Shown here: in pieces, positions 15,597-29,972 of the stretch
Numbering within the stretch: the first letter of the stretch is position 1
How the letters are laid out: every line of letters begins with the position of its first letter
Assembly (NCBI GenBank): GCA_951406725.2
Contig: OX597826.1
Span: 16,864,001 to 16,928,000, forward strand
Origin: Octopus vulgaris
Taxonomy: Eukaryota
Reading direction: 5' to 3'
DNA: 64,000 nt
Translations under genes and position numbers: made by a program
Notes under the pieces: generated by a model
The model's database searches: none
What the model was told of the DNA's origin: nothing
Seen by the model: only the letters and a program-made list of their open reading frames with translations

Positions 15597-17715
15597 GACA
15601 AGGACGAAGGATGAGGGGGACAATACAGAGACGGACATAATGTGTGGGAGATTAAATATAATAATGAAACGATTTTTAAAAGGTATACACGGTATACACT
15701 GGAAGATATAACATATGCAACGCATACGAATGTAAAAGGAAAAGCGGGGAGGGTGATAGCGATGTGGCCCTCCTGATACAGAAACGCCTCTAGGGATAAT
15801 CGAAGAATCTCACTGTCCAAGTGTCCTCTCCATTTAAAGAGGTACACTCCACTCTTGCCATTTTCGCAACTTTCATCCACTTTTGAATAAACTCACTGGA
15901 GGACAGCATTTTCCTCTCCACTCTCAAACACCTTTTCAAGAGAAACTTGAAAAAGTCAATAAGAGCTCTACCAAAGAGGAATATATCTGTCCTCCTGCCT
16001 TTCAACCTTGTCCACCAAACAATCTCTTCCGCCACAGCCACAAGGCAAAGGAAAGCTACCTTGCCTGCCCTATTGAAGGAGTGCGGCGGTGTGATTATCA
16101 CTACATACTCGACAGACAGACGTGACATCAGCTGTTCAACATAACTCCACATGTCAGCAATTCCGGACACTGAACGAGGGCGTGCAGAACGGTTTCGTCA
16201 CTCTGCACTCACCTCAGACAAGTCCGCTTAACAGCACATTCGTGACTGTAGAGTTTATCTCGAACCGGTAGTGCCCTCCAGGAAACTGTCCGTAATCGTT
16301 CCGGAAAGTCTTCTGGAACAGACTTCAGAGGCGTGCGACACCATGAGAGTGACGTAGTCCGCGTATGCTGACAATGCCTTTCTTTGTCCCAGTTCGAAAG
16401 GGATGCCCTTAGCTGTTCCAACATCCGCTACAGTGGCTTGAGTGCTAATAGCTATAGAATAGGTGACAACGGGCAGCCCTGACGGACCGAACGTGCGATG
16501 CCAAACGGCTCCGATAGGTGGTCGTTTACTTTGACCACTGAACAGGTGCCACTGTGCATTGCAACGACACAACTTTTGAAAACCTGTCCGAAACCGCCAG
16601 CTGTGATCCCAGCCCTCTCTATGATACATCGCATAAGGTGGAGGTTGTCGCGAATAGACCTGCTCGGAATTGCACACGTTTGTGCTTCTCCGACCAGGTT
16701 ACTGACAAAAACATCAATCTTTTCGCTAACGCCTTGGCCAAAATCTTAAGCTCTGTGTTTAGCAGCGCTATGGACCAAAAATTCTCTAGTACGTCCCCGT
16801 TGTCGGCGTCCTTCCACATCAATGTCCCCACACGTCTGCTAACAGCACTAGGAATTTTATCGTATTGTTGCCAGTTGCAGTAGACGTCTCTCAAGAAGTC
16901 TGTAAACAAATCTAGCATGAATACATAGAATTCGTAGGGCAGACCATCCAAACCCTGTGATCTGCGACTTGTGCAATCGCTCATCGCTTCCCAAATTCCA
17001 GCAGCTCTTATCGGCCTTTCATGTAACATCACGTCAGCTTTCGAGAGCCGCGGCAAGCCATCCAGGTACGAACTAAAGTCCAGTGCCGCCGTCTCCAAAC
17101 AAACGCGCGAAGCGCTGCTGAAAAGCCGCACACATCTGCTCGGAGTTGCATAGATCGCGCCCATTCCGATCCGTCAAAGATGTGATCGTTGTTTTGTTTC
17201 CACGTCGCGTCTCCGCTGTTCGTTCCCATCGGACATCTTTAGTTCGCACCGGCCTAGCTCTAACAACGCAACCTTCATGAATGCAACCTTCGATGAAATG
17301 ATCAAGAGTCATTGTCACCGCTAACACATCGGTCACAATGCTCTTTTTATTCACCTCTTCTAATTTGCTAACTAGTTCACCCTCTAATCTATTCCTTTCT
17401 ATTGCTAATTTCTTTTGCTAAACGCTATCGATTCTGCTCTAATCGCCCACTTCAGGGCGGCCCACCACCAGTTGTTACGGATTACCCCAGTCAACTGTTG
17501 CTTAACTAGTTCACTAATGATCTGAAGGGGTAGGGGTATGTCTTGGGATGCTGTGCACAAAAGACTTTGAGGTGATTTATATAACTCCTCAACGGTCACA
17601 AGAGACATTTCGGCCTTCTGCTCTTACTATCCACTTAACTGATCCGCCTATATTAACAACCAGGTTTACTTATATATTCTTTCTATCGGTAGAAGAGAAC
17701 CGCTGCCACGCGAAC
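15597..17715 (-). mobile_element. Tx1/L1-clade LINE ORF2, 5'-truncated and internally deleted
   Basis: WWAALKWAIR, GLDGLPYEFY, SIALLNTELKILAKALAKRL, SVRQGCPLSPIL, SAYADY (YADD), then directly ALPVRDKL...CLR*...ETVLHALVQCP zinc knuckle; many frameshifts. Confidence 0.9.
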
Positions 17716-17724
17716 CTCATTTCG

Positions 17725-18974
17725 ACAGTTGTCAAGAAAATTCTTGCCGAATTTTAAATTTTGGTTTTAAATTACGTATTTTCAAATCAATTTTCATTAA
17801 ATTACTTTGACTTTATATATCATTTTAAAGCCCGTTTTTCGCTCTGTCTAATTGTGTTACACTTTTTCATCTTTGAGTAGGCCATTTATACCGGAACGTT
17901 GAATACAACATGGACAGAAAGCAAATTCGCACAATTTTCTTATTCCAGTTCAAGCTAGGCCGAAAAGCTGCTGAAACAGTTCGCGATATCAAGGATGCGT
18001 TTGGCCCAGGAACCACTAATGAACGTACAGCAGAATGGCGGTTCAAGAAATTTCGTAGCGGTGACGAAGATTTAATGATGATAAGCTAGTGGTCGGTCAT
18101 CGGATTTTGACAACGATCAACTAAGAGCTTTAGTCGAAGCCAATCCACGCACTTCTGCTCGAGAGCTTGCTTCTGAGTTAGACGTAACATATACAATTTC
18201 CAACAACTTGAAAGAGATTGGAAAAACAAAAGTACTTGAGAAAGGGCTGCCGCACGAATTGAACGACAATCAAATTAAAAAACGCCGTTTTGAAGTGTCA
18301 CCTTCCCTTCTTTTACGCAACAAGAACGATCTGTTTCTCGACCGGATTGTGACTTCCGATAAAAAGTGGATTCTTTACGACAACCGGAGACGCTCAGCTC
18401 ACTGGTTGGACGCCAACGAAGCTCCACGGCACTTCCCGAAGCCAAATATGCACTGAAAGAAGGCCATGATGATCGTTTGGTGGTCTGTGGCCAGTCTCAT
18501 CCATCACAGCTTTTTGCATCCGGACGAAACCATTACGGCGGAGAAGTACTGTTAGCAAATGGATGAAATGCATAAGAAACTCCGATAACAATAGAGTAGA
18601 AAATGACCTACTCTTCTCCACGACAATGTTCGGCCGCACGTCGCACAACTGACCCTGTAGAAGTTGAATTGGGTTACGAAACTCTGCCTCATCCGCCATA
18701 CTCACCAGCTCTCTAGCCTACCGACAACCACTTTTTCAAGCATCACGACAACTTCCTGCGTGAGAAATGCTTAAAAAACTAAGACGATGCCAAACACGCC
18801 TTCAACGACTTCATCGCCACCAGAACGCAGGATTTTTTCGCTACTGGCTTAAATAAACTATTTTCGCGTTGGTAAAAGTCTGTTGATTCTGATTAATAAT
18901 GTTTTGTTGGAGCCGAGATAAGAGCATCTGAATATAAACTTTAAAAACCGCAACAACTTTCTTGACAACCTAAT
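17725..18974 (+). mobile_element. Mariner (DD34D, Hsmar1/cecropia-like) near full-length defective copy
   Basis: ATG 17910 MDRKQIRTIFLFQFKLGRKAAET..., LPHEL, DRIVTSDKKWILYDN, LLHDNVRPH, HPPYSPAL*PTD. TIRs GTTGTCAAGAAAATTCTTGC / GCAACAACTTTCTTGACAACCTAA-TA. Stops and frameshifts. Confidence 0.93.
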
Positions 18975-19564
18975 ATATTCGATGCATACATCTTTCGCCC
19001 TGCTGGTGTGTTGTCTGCTCTATTCTTCTATTTCTTGTTCCAGTTGTATTGTATAGAACTGTCTGCAAATTAGTTTCTCATTGGACAGATCTAGTGACGT
19101 TCAGCGTTGCACTTCACCCACATTTTTCTAACATGCACTCTACACTTTTAAATTCATTTTCATTTATACAAACCTTTTCACATATTTGCCGCTTAACGTC
19201 GGTGAAACCTCAAACAGCAAGTCTACTTGAGTGATTTCCCTCGTTCTTGTTATTTTTCGTCAATAATATTTGTGATGGTGTTGATAGTGATGGGTTTCCT
19301 TTGGGCACTGGCAGGGATGGTGGAGGTGGCATTGTTCGAAATTTGTTAAACAACAGTAAAACGTCTGAATGGCCATCGAATAGCTAGCTGCCTTGTCAGT
19401 CTGTGTAAGGTTAATACACAGCTACTCACACTCTCGTATATTGAGGAAGAGTTTCGCTTGTTCAGACAACAAAATAGTCATTGTTAAAACATATGCAGTT
19501 TATTCCATTTTCTTTTCTACGATATATGTGTGTGTGCGTGTGTGTGTATATATATATGTGTATA

Positions 19565-21900
19565 TGTGTGAATCTTAGTGCAATGCTTCTTTGGTACATA
19601 TATTTGAAAAGAAATGTTTTCCTTTTTTTATATGATAGCTCAATGTTCATTTCAAGCTATTGTTCGTTTGATATTCTTGATGGCTCTCCATCGGTGACTT
19701 CCTTTTCGAGGAATAAGTAGAAGTAACGTGTGTTTGTAATATTCACATACATGCATGCATGTATATATGCATACATACATACATACATACATACATACAT
19801 ACATACATACATACATACATACATACATAAAGCAAAACATATATAAGAGCAAAACATACAAAACGTCACATGCACATACATAGATAAATAGATACATATA
19901 TGCATACATACATACATACATACATACATACATACATACACACATGCATACAAAAATAGGCAGTTGTTGATGTTGAATTTCCAATGAATGAGCTTTGGAT
20001 CTAGGCTAGAACCCGGCTCTTTCTCTGTTGACAAGTAATCATGAAATAAAACTTAACAATGACATACATATGTATACATACATAAATACATATAAATGTA
20101 GGCTTGGTATGGGATCAACGATTGATGAGAACATTTGTAATCTATGTATCAGGTTATTGAGAATGAAATGTTCGATTTTGAACTGAAAATTTACTTTTTC
20201 TCAACAAAAAAAAATTCAGTTAATCAAAGTATGCACTTAAATTTTCAACACAATTTTGCCATTTTGTCCGCAGCGTATTTATGCTGGCAGCGAGGAATTC
20301 TGGAGAGCAAGAATTGATGAAACCACGAAAGGCTGTTTTAACATCTTCAGATTTGAAGTTTTAACGCGAAAGTCAGTTGGTGCAAGGTCTGGTGAATATG
20401 GTGGCTGACAGAGTACTTCCAAACTCAGTTTCTGTAACTTGAGTAGCCTTCTTTGTACAACTTGTGATCGAGTATTGTCTTGCAAAGGAATTGGCCTGTC
20501 TCTATTGACCAATCTCGGTTGTTTAATTGCAAGCTCACTCATCATTTCATCCAATCGGTTAATGTATACATTCGCTGTAATTGACTTACCAGGTCCCATG
20601 AAGCTGTAGTGGATGACACCAACACTGGACCTCCAAACAGATGCCATTAGCTTTTTTTTTTTCTAGTGAATATTCTTTTTTGGATTGTGTTTTGACACTT
20701 TGTTGCTATTGTTGAAAAAAATCCATTTTTCATCACACGTAAAACTACGATGCAAAAAATAGTTCACTTTTATGCGCGACAAGTTTCAAGATGACGTGTC
20801 ATTTGCTGCTAACTCACACATAGCTAAAGATGTATCCACTTCCACTGCAGTTTCCAGCTCATCATTATCCCCCCTTGGTCTCAGGTCTACCACAAGGCTG
20901 ATTTTCAAGAGTAAAGCACCAGACCAGAACTACTCAAACCATCGATGTACAGTACGCTCATTCGCGACATCTTCACGAAATACCTCATTGATATTTCGAG
21001 CTGTCAGGGATCCATTGGTTCAACTACGAAACTCATGTTCATAATCAACACGAATTTTCTATCTATTCATGGGTTCACAAAAATTGATTTGCAAGAGAAA
21101 ACTCACAATATAGTCAAACACCATGAACTGCATTTTAAAAAGCGATGATGTAACTTTTCAATGTTATAAAACAAAGAATTGTCAGGATAAAACATTAGAG
21201 TTCACGACTGTCAAACTTGGTGCATTTTGGACGGAAATAATATTTTACCAACCGAAGAGACAGGGGCAGTGAATATTATTCACATTTGTCTTTAAAAGGA
21301 AATCTCGCATGTCATATTTGAAAATAAAATCACAAAATTCTTCTTTTATAAGGACGTGATGACGACTCTGTTAATGGAGTCACAGAAATAATCAATTAAA
21401 TCAGACCACTTTTAATCTTCTACTATGCCACCTTTAGGAGGTAAGCTCAATAACATATGTGCGTACGTAAATGTCACAAATCATTTGACTGTTGCCCCAT
21501 CGATTTTGCCAAACGTTGGCATTATTATTAAGATGCTGCTTTTATTTGAAAGATATATGTCATGCACAATGATAGGTAATTTGCTGAAATCACAATTTGT
21601 TTATCCAATTGTTTATGTAAAATTTAGCATTCAAGATATTTAGTAGACTAATAACAGTGTCTGGTTGTTAAAATTTCTGACATTTTCGCTATAGCAACAA
21701 AGAAATGGGAAGAAAATCCGAAATATCACAAAAACACATAACTTATACTTATTCTTCGAAAAGGAAGACATTTCGACGCAGAGCCATCAATGATATCAAA
21801 CAAACAATAGCTTGAAAATAACACTAAGACAACATAAAATACGTTTCTTTTCAAATGTATGTATTTGCGAAAGAAGCATTATGTTAAGATTCACACACCT
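19565..21900. repeat. Diverged inverted repeat pair, arms ~19565-19745 and ~21720-21900
   Basis: ACTTATTC.TCGAAAAGGAAG...GAGCCATCAA.ATATCAAAC.AACAATAGCTTGAAA...TTTCTTTTCAAAT...AAAGAAGCATT...AAGATTCACACA is present in opposite orientations. Confidence 0.8.
20146..21258 (-). mobile_element. Second mariner (DD34D) defective copy, different subfamily
   Basis: MNR*KIRV...TARNINEVF...NERTVHRWF, TCDEKWIF, GVIHYSF, LQDNTRSQ, PPYSPDLAPTDF; TIR-like TATCAGGTT near 20147; other end fuzzy. Confidence 0.88.
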
Positions 21901-22729
21901 ACACATATATACGTATATTGGAAAATACACACATAGCTTTGTGTTTTTACGTATAAAGGCAAACACACTTATTGGCCTGAATTTAAACTCACAGGTATGA
22001 TGTAATGGAAACGAATACTATGCATGCATCAAAGAAGCGCTGACTCTGCCTGACAGAATAGAAAAATTGCTCAGTCCTCTAATAGGTATGTCAATGATTA
22101 GTATGCACCTTTTCGCTTCTGTCTTGAAAAAGACAAATATACACTGGCAAACTAGAAAGTTCAATCTCCAGACGATACGCCTATAAACGGTCGTTTTACT
22201 ATGAAGGACGCCCTCTCATTCTTCAAATTCTCTAATTCTCTTCTATTTTTATTCTTTCCTGCTACATTCTGCCAGCTTTTATGTCCATGACCTTAAAACG
22301 ACCTCCCAGTACTCATTCATTGTCACTGAATTTGCATTGGTTCATTATTTTAGATACAACGGTTGATCTTTTATCAAAACTTGGTTATTACATCGCACAC
22401 GGAAACAAGATCGTCACTCATAATCACTTCATCAAATAAACTCTTTGGCACCTTTAATGTTTGTTTCGAAATTTTATTAAATGTTTCTATCGAATAGCAA
22501 GAGATATTAACGCCAAGTGATACCAATAATTATGGTCTAACGCCAAGCATCAATTCCCTTTTATCATGAAATGAGCTTCGTCTCTGTTTATCTCATTGTT
22601 TCCTAAATATCTCGAGATTACAATGGGTTACACACTTGCGTTTCTTTTATATCTGGCCCGAAGCTTGAGTCAGACCCATATATCAACGTTATACGCTCAC
22701 ACGGACTCATGACTACACAAAAATTCTAA

Positions 22730-23520
22730 AATGAACAAAAGGGAATAATGTGTCTTGTACCAGTGATCTGGGAGATGACACATTAGTCGTACAAACAACA
22801 ACAACGGACGCTGAAACACGCATCATACAACACCAACCCCACCACCAAATACTAAATCAAACTTCATAGCTTGTACATGTGTAAGCCGGAAGCACCAAAT
22901 CTGCCGTAATTCCCAACACGAAAGATTGTGTCTGAAGCCTGACTGTCTCTGCACTCGTCTTCCAAGGACTCGATGTGCTATTAAGAGCCTGACTCCAAGC
23001 CACCACTGCAAAAACATCACTTACAATGGTTGTGCTGGCCCAGACTTTCACTGATATCCACCGGGTACAATCGTAAAATCAACAGCTACAAACCATATAT
23101 CCATCACCATATCCAACATTCCCAACCACATCAACTCCGGAAACCAACCCCTCTCAAAACAAGAAAATTTGTATTTTAACCATGATGAATCTGACAAAAG
23201 AAATAAAGAAAAGACTCTTTAGCTCTCACACTGATCCGACCACTGTAACTAATCCAGGGAAAATCTCACACCCTTACTGTCATTAGCTCACAAACTCAAC
23301 TTAATAATATTATTGAATGTACGTCTCTCACACTTGACAAATTGAACGAAAATATCGCATCTCGGATACCTTAGACACAAAAAAAAAACGGCTACATGTG
23401 TAGCACTAAGGAAAACGCAACTGCCTTCACGTATATTTGGCGCGGAAGTACATAAATCAGGCTACATAATACACAGAACTTTCCGCAGAATAGAGAAATA
23501 TCATCCGTGTAGACCCAGCA
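22730..23520 (+). mobile_element. Possible highly decayed LINE 5' region (Cys-rich segment plus APE endonuclease start)
   Basis: LNVR...CVALRKTQL...SGYIIHR resembles the APE motifs xNVR, xALQET and GYxxxR; heavily disrupted. Confidence 0.35.
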
Positions 23521-26069
23521 ACAAGCGTCCTACTCTTCCAATCCTAAACGTGGCCTACTTCAATTTAGTCATAGGCATTGCCTGAGATCCTGTTTATGTG
23601 GTTAACCACGACGGTCATTTCAGGGATATTTTGTTGCTCATTAGCAAAACCTAAATTTAACGCAAAATTCCACGTTAGCGCTTTGTTCCAACTTTATGTC
23701 CATGACAAAATTGGAGACTACAGCATATACGTGCTCGCTTAAACACAAATTTTACAACTTGCGAAATAAACACATCAATGTCACTCAGCAAACTGCATCA
23801 TTAATATCACTGCTAGCTCTCGCTGTATACGCAACTGTGTGCTACCATCTGCTGGCGCACAACAAAACTAGTCCGGGAACATTTTGATAAGAGCTGGTAG
23901 ATGTTACTGGGGGCTTGCCTACCATATCTACCTAAGACTACTTGATTCTTTCTACCACCTCTGCTTATGCAACATGCTAACCATCTACTGGAGTATCTTC
24001 GTTACCAATTTTGAAGTCTTGAAATAGGGGTAAGTGACTAGCAGAACGACCATATACTTCAAGTCTTTGCTGCAAGAGGCGGCAGTTTTCTAAAGTGGAG
24101 TATCATCACCTTCTCTCAATATTAAAATGTATGACTAAATACTCCAGTAACCACCCTAACAGACAAGCACCCCATCAGAAAGCAAAGGAAGGGTTTTCTA
24201 AGGAAACTATATCGTATTTGTCCGCTTAGCACCCACCGGTGTCACTTACTATTCGTCAGTCATAAAGTCAGGATACACCCTCTAATTATTTGCCTCCTCG
24301 TTGGAGAATACACGTTAGACTGATCTTGACACCTTTTGGAGATAGAACCATCAGTTGGAGATAGAAACGTCATGCAGCAGCACCAACAACGGATTTTCTC
24401 CTGCAACCACTGTGGTGGTCGGGCTGCTAAATATTGACTTTATCAGCTAGCAAATGTAAACAATCCTTTTGATGACTCGAAAAGCTCAGCTATAATCATA
24501 TATAGCAAAAGCTTCATTGTAGATGTTCTATGTGTCAGTCGATTACGGAGAAGAGATCCACACAATCTTTGCTTTCATCCTATTGTTCTCGTATCACAAA
24601 AACATTGGAATAATGTAGACAATTCTGTCATTGAGAACTGATATAACTTACAATTGCCATCCAAGATAATCCCCCTAAATCTAGACTAAGTGCAGATTTT
24701 AATGACAGAAACTTTGTACTAATTAAAGGGATATCATTTTCTCCACAAAATCACTTGTCTCTTGGAATGTGATATTGAACATAGAACTGATTTTGTTTGG
24801 TGCATCATGTACTGGACGCCGTAGTGGTGGCTCTCCAGAATTATAGAGGATATAAATAAATGTGTGTGTACATGCAAGCATGTATGTGTATTTATTTCAG
24901 TATGTCTTTCCGTATGTGAATTAGTGTCTGTACGAGACAGAGAGAGGATGTTCAATATCCAAAAACCGACGAGAGAAAGGGATGCCTATCCATAGCAATA
25001 TCCAACAAGTTGAAGAGAAAAAACGGACTCGGGATATTTTGAAATATGAATTGATTTTGAAATTATTTTATGAACAAATTTCTCTTTAATGAATGTTTTT
25101 TTTTCACAATATAATTCTGTTATTCGTAGATTTCCTGAATATAATAACAACGAAGTACTAATCTGTTGATATAGGTGACCAACTCTTGCAACACTCTATG
25201 CATAATATATAGAGTAGAAAGGCAGTTGTCTTGCATAAACTGTATATTATCATTAATTTAAATTTCATTTCAAATACTTGATCGTTTCTTCAGTAATTCT
25301 TTGCCATTTTCCCACTTAATAGTATGGAAAGTCAATATGAAATGGAGAGATAAATGTGCTAAAAGTTAGCTATATTTCTTAATGGCTAGTTTGCACGATA
25401 AATCTCAGTTGTAGTCTAGCTATTTCTTCTGATCATAAACAAGAAATTATTAAATACATTTCTTCACAGCGAAAAGTTCAAAAACTTTACTATTTTATTC
25501 TGTATAATGAAATATTTAACCTGTTTCTCAACAGTTGGGAATTATAACATTGTCTGATATATAACTCTATTACATTTGGAGTAGACACGCCAACACGATT
25601 TTACGATTTGATTTGTGATTTCGCATCACATCAGTATGAATATACGCTACTTGTGTTACATTTAGAGTGGTTTCTCCCTTTCATATATTGCTAGTATTTA
25701 TATCCTATAAACATTAACAATAAATAAATAAGTAAACGTAATTCTGCTTAAGGCTGTCCTTCTTTATCGTTATGTTTGCGATCATTTCTTCTGAAGTAGT
25801 CACAGATACATGGTTTGTTACCGGTTCTTTGAATACATATCATTCATAACGCATTATCTTATAACTAAAAGCCCAAGCGTATTTGTGTATTTTTACCCCA
25901 TTGTATCTATGTAGCTATATCTATCACTGGTAAATACTTCGTGAAATGTTTGATGTGAAAATCGCATAACAATACTTACGTGGAGACTCGTTATTTTTAA
26001 AATACAGGCACTTATTACGGATGAGGTATCTATTAATAGGAACTTCCTCTTAAAAATCTACGGGAAATT

Positions 26070-26552
26070 ATTGCAATACACCTTTTTGTAATATCTTTGG
26101 AACCACCACTCTTTGGGTATACATCAGAATATCGTCGTAAATTTAAAAACATCTATCACCTGAGATTTTATCCTGTTTATTTTTTAAAGATTCTTTTATT
26201 TTCGTAATATGCTCATCACCTACAGCTTTCATTCTTATATCCTGTGTCGTCAATGGTAGTTCTTGTATAACGTTCGTCATAGCACGTTTAACTTCACTTT
26301 CTGCCTGCAGTGCGGCTATAACAGTGTCTTCTAGTGGTTCCGTACTTTTGGGAATTAATCACGAAAGGCAGTCCGCATGACCGACTTTTTTCGATGGAAT
26401 GTATTGCATTTTGAAATCATAATTTAGTAATTATACAGCCCAAATTTGCAGGTGGTTTGCAGTATGAGACGGTAAGCCTTTTTTAGACCCATAAATTGAC
26501 AGCAAAGGTCTATGGTCTGTTTGCAATAAAAAAAAAAACTTCTGCCATATAT
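26070..26552 (-). mobile_element. Ty3/Gypsy LTR retrotransposon pol fragment (RNase H C-terminus and linker to integrase)
   Basis: LQTDHRPLLSIYGSKKGLPSHTANHLQIWAV*LLNYDFKMQYIPSKKVGHADCLS*L...ILMYTQRVVVPK. Confidence 0.9.
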
Positions 26553-26929
26553 ATTGATGGTGGCTATGTAGAGAAGCACTAATAATTAGGCCAAGTATGT
26601 TTATCCCAGTCCTTGGGAAGTGGATGAGGGGAAATTTTGTATGAGGCTCGTCGTAGTTTTGTCTGGGTGTAGTTTATATACACCTAGTTGGTTCTGAGAT
26701 ATATTTCACACATACTTGAAGACTCACACACGCACATACACACACACAAATATATATATATGGGGGGTGCGTACGTGTGTGAGTGTGTATGTGTAGTCTC
26801 TAATCAAAAATCCGAACAAAGAAGGACACTCTAAGTTATAGAGCAATCTATATCAAAGATAGATAATACCGGTTTATAGGATTACATTAGGTTTCACGTC
26901 CCTAAAGAGATTAGCTTTATAACATATCA

Positions 26930-27290
26930 TGAGATTCCAAAACCTGTCGGATAGCAGCCTCTCTATCGATTGGTCTCTCTACATTATGGAAGAAGAAAGG
27001 ATCTCGTTACTCAATGTCAACAAAGTGGATTGTTCCCCCTTGGCTATCCATCGCCGATGTCAACAGAGAGGATTGTATCCCTTTGTCTATCGATCACCGG
27101 TGACCCTATTATCCCGTGTGTTCCAATAGGCTAGCAGGAATTTCCTGAAAAAAAAATATATATACCATTTCCGATCACCTGCTTTTCTTGAACTATTTTT
27201 TTCCCTTTCTCAAGAAATGTCCTCTTTCTAGAGAAGAGCCGTGTTTGAGATACCGCGCCACTTTTCTTACCATCTTAAACCGAGAGTCAA
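26930..27290 (-). mobile_element. Possible decayed LINE ORF1-like 5' fragment
   Basis: Loose by-eye resemblance to the N-terminal part of the ORF1 at 49790-50082; all frames disrupted. Confidence 0.3.
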
Positions 27291-27499
27291 CCTAACGCAT
27301 TCACTCTGTACGCCTTTTTCACTTTGTTTTTTGGTTGATATGCCATGATATATGTATGCGCTCGTGCGAGTGCTTGCGTGTGTGTGTGTGCTTGTAAATA
27401 TAGATAAATACATAGGCTTTTATCAATGTATGTATGTGCGTCTGTATACACACACGCGCACACATACACACACATACATATATATATATGAATGAGTAT

Positions 27500-29927
27500 A
27501 ACTTAGCAGACAAAACTGAACCGTTCATGCTATCCAGACCATAAATCTAAATTCTTAACTAATACTAAAGTAAGATTAATATGCCCAAATAAATCAGACC
27601 TATGTAAATTAAGCAAACTAATACTCGACAGATACATCCATAAAATGTAGAGTAACCCTAGAATTATGGTCCAACACATTTGAAGCCCTTAATTGGTTCA
27701 CCAACATACAGAACATGAACAAGTACAAATTCATACAGATAGACATAGTAGGCCACTACTCCTCAATTAACCCTACGATCCTCAATAGTTCCCTAATATA
27801 CGCTAATATACGCTAAAAATCACACGCAATTGAACATGAAGGAAATAAATGTAATATTAGAAGTGAGGAAATCACTTATTAGTGATTTGATAATAAACTC
27901 TGGGTACGTAAAGATATCCCTAACTCTTTCGATATCACCATGGGGGTCCCAGATTCAGCACAGGTAACTGACCTGGTAAGCATCTATTTGCTATCATACA
28001 TACAGGAAAAATTCCCGGAACTCAGAGGCGGATTATACAAGGACGACGCCCTCTTCATAATTAAGAAACCCTCAAATAGGAAACGAAAGCTCATCAAGAA
28101 AAACTACACAAATTCTTCAAAAGATTTGGGCTATCTCTATTGAAAAGGAACACACCTCTATTAACTACTTAGACACAACCTGCAACCTAGCCACAGGACT
28201 CCATGAACCCTACACGAACCTCAAATATATAAACGCTTGAAGTAACCATCCCAACTTTATTAAGAGAAGCCTAGTACATAGCATTAACAATAGAATATCA
28301 CACCTCTCTTCCAACATAGATATCTTTAACAGACATAAAGTAACCTATAACTCAACACTTCGGAAAGCAGGAATAAACAAATAATCAAATACCTTAACCC
28401 TAATCCCCCTATAAGTAGCCCAAATAACAGGAACCTACTCACTCATACCACTAACACCAACCATACACCATGCACCACCACAAACTACACCAACAATAAG
28501 AATACTACGAGTAACCCCAATAGAAACAACACCAATATGAGCATGCCAAGGCTCATACACAAACCACTAATAACAACAAAATAACCGCAACACTAATACC
28601 GACAAAATGATATTAACTAAGATTAATAATATTAACACAAACTACGCAAATAAGTCCCAAAATAACATCAGCTACGAAAATAATAGTAAAAACCTATACA
28701 TCGGTATCAATAAACTAAAGTCACCCAACGAACTAATATGAACCCTGTTAATAGCAAAAAACTAGGCCCTCGAAACTACATGAACCCTACGATGATAGCA
28801 CCAATAGGACAGACAAAAGTCACACGAAAGTGAAACCTAACTATGGATATAACCAAGATACATACAACCACAACTTCACACGAATCGCAAACAAGGAGGG
28901 TAGCTTCTATACTTGGAAAAACAACACTTAAAATAAGCAAAATAGCGATAATATCTGGCTCGTAATTCCCTACACAAGCACCTCAAATTAAGCATAGTTC
29001 GCTCATTAACGAAAATCGTAGACAAACATTAATAATAAATACGCAGAATTATTTAGAAATAAAATCAGAATAGGCCACAGTCTGACTAATAACTGGGCTA
29101 CAATAATAGCCTAAATGAATAATATAAAAAAAAACTAGACAACTTCTATGAAACTAGACGGATTTTGAACAATAAAAATAATAACTAACCAACTAATAGA
29201 ACTAAGTCCCCCACTAACGCGGCGCCTCCTTCTAACTTAGGTACAGAGCTGAATAATAATAGCCCCCCCCCCCCAATACATGAACGAAGATACACCTAAC
29301 TATTTATGCGGCTGTAGGGATAGAACAAAGTGCCATTTCTCAAATAGATGTAAGACGAATAACGTAGTTTACCAATGTGACGTCCGCATAAATAACCAGA
29401 CGAAATCATACATAGGTGCAACTAAGAACCAAATGATTCTTAGATATAAGGCACACCAATCGAGCGTCAGACACAGGAATAAGGCTAACTCAACAGGGCT
29501 AAGTACGTACATTTGGGAACTTAATGATAAAAAAAAGTAGATTATTGCTTAAACTAGCGTATACCTACAAAAACAACCTCCTGCAACACCGCAAATAGAC
29601 GCTACGATATTTATCTATCAGAACGCTTAGCTATACTTACGGCTAAACAACCCTTTCTGAACAGAAAGTTTGAGAAAAACCTTTTTGTCTTCATATGGTC
29701 CTTTATGTATTTTCAAAACACCGGTAAAATAGCCCCTTTTGTCTTCAAGCAGGCCTCTATGTCTTTCATAATCCCAAACTTGAATACTCATCTATATAAG
29801 TCTAACTAACTAGGAACTAACTAGCTACAATACATTTTAAACCACCCTATCTAGTCTGATAAAAATTTGGTAGGAGTTAGCACTCTTTTCACCCTGTTAG
29901 AGTTACTGCCTTCACCTACACCGCCGG

Positions 29928-29930
<3 letters not shown>
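27500..29930 (+). mobile_element. Penelope-like retroelement (Neptune-type: RT, Cys4 linker, GIY-YIG), decayed
   Basis: DHKSKF...VRLICPNKSDL, FIQIDIVGHYSSIN, FDITMG.PDSAQVTDLV, GLYKDD (28036-28047), NYLD, SNHP; CGCRDRTKC...C..NNVVYQC...SYIGAT...RYKAH...STGLSTYIWEL. Confidence 0.92.

Positions 29931-29972
<42 letters not shown>

Noticed and set aside
24640-24860. Possible minus-strand exon ending in GTAAGT
   Set aside because: Stops interrupt the frames, there is no clear acceptor, and no recognisable protein.
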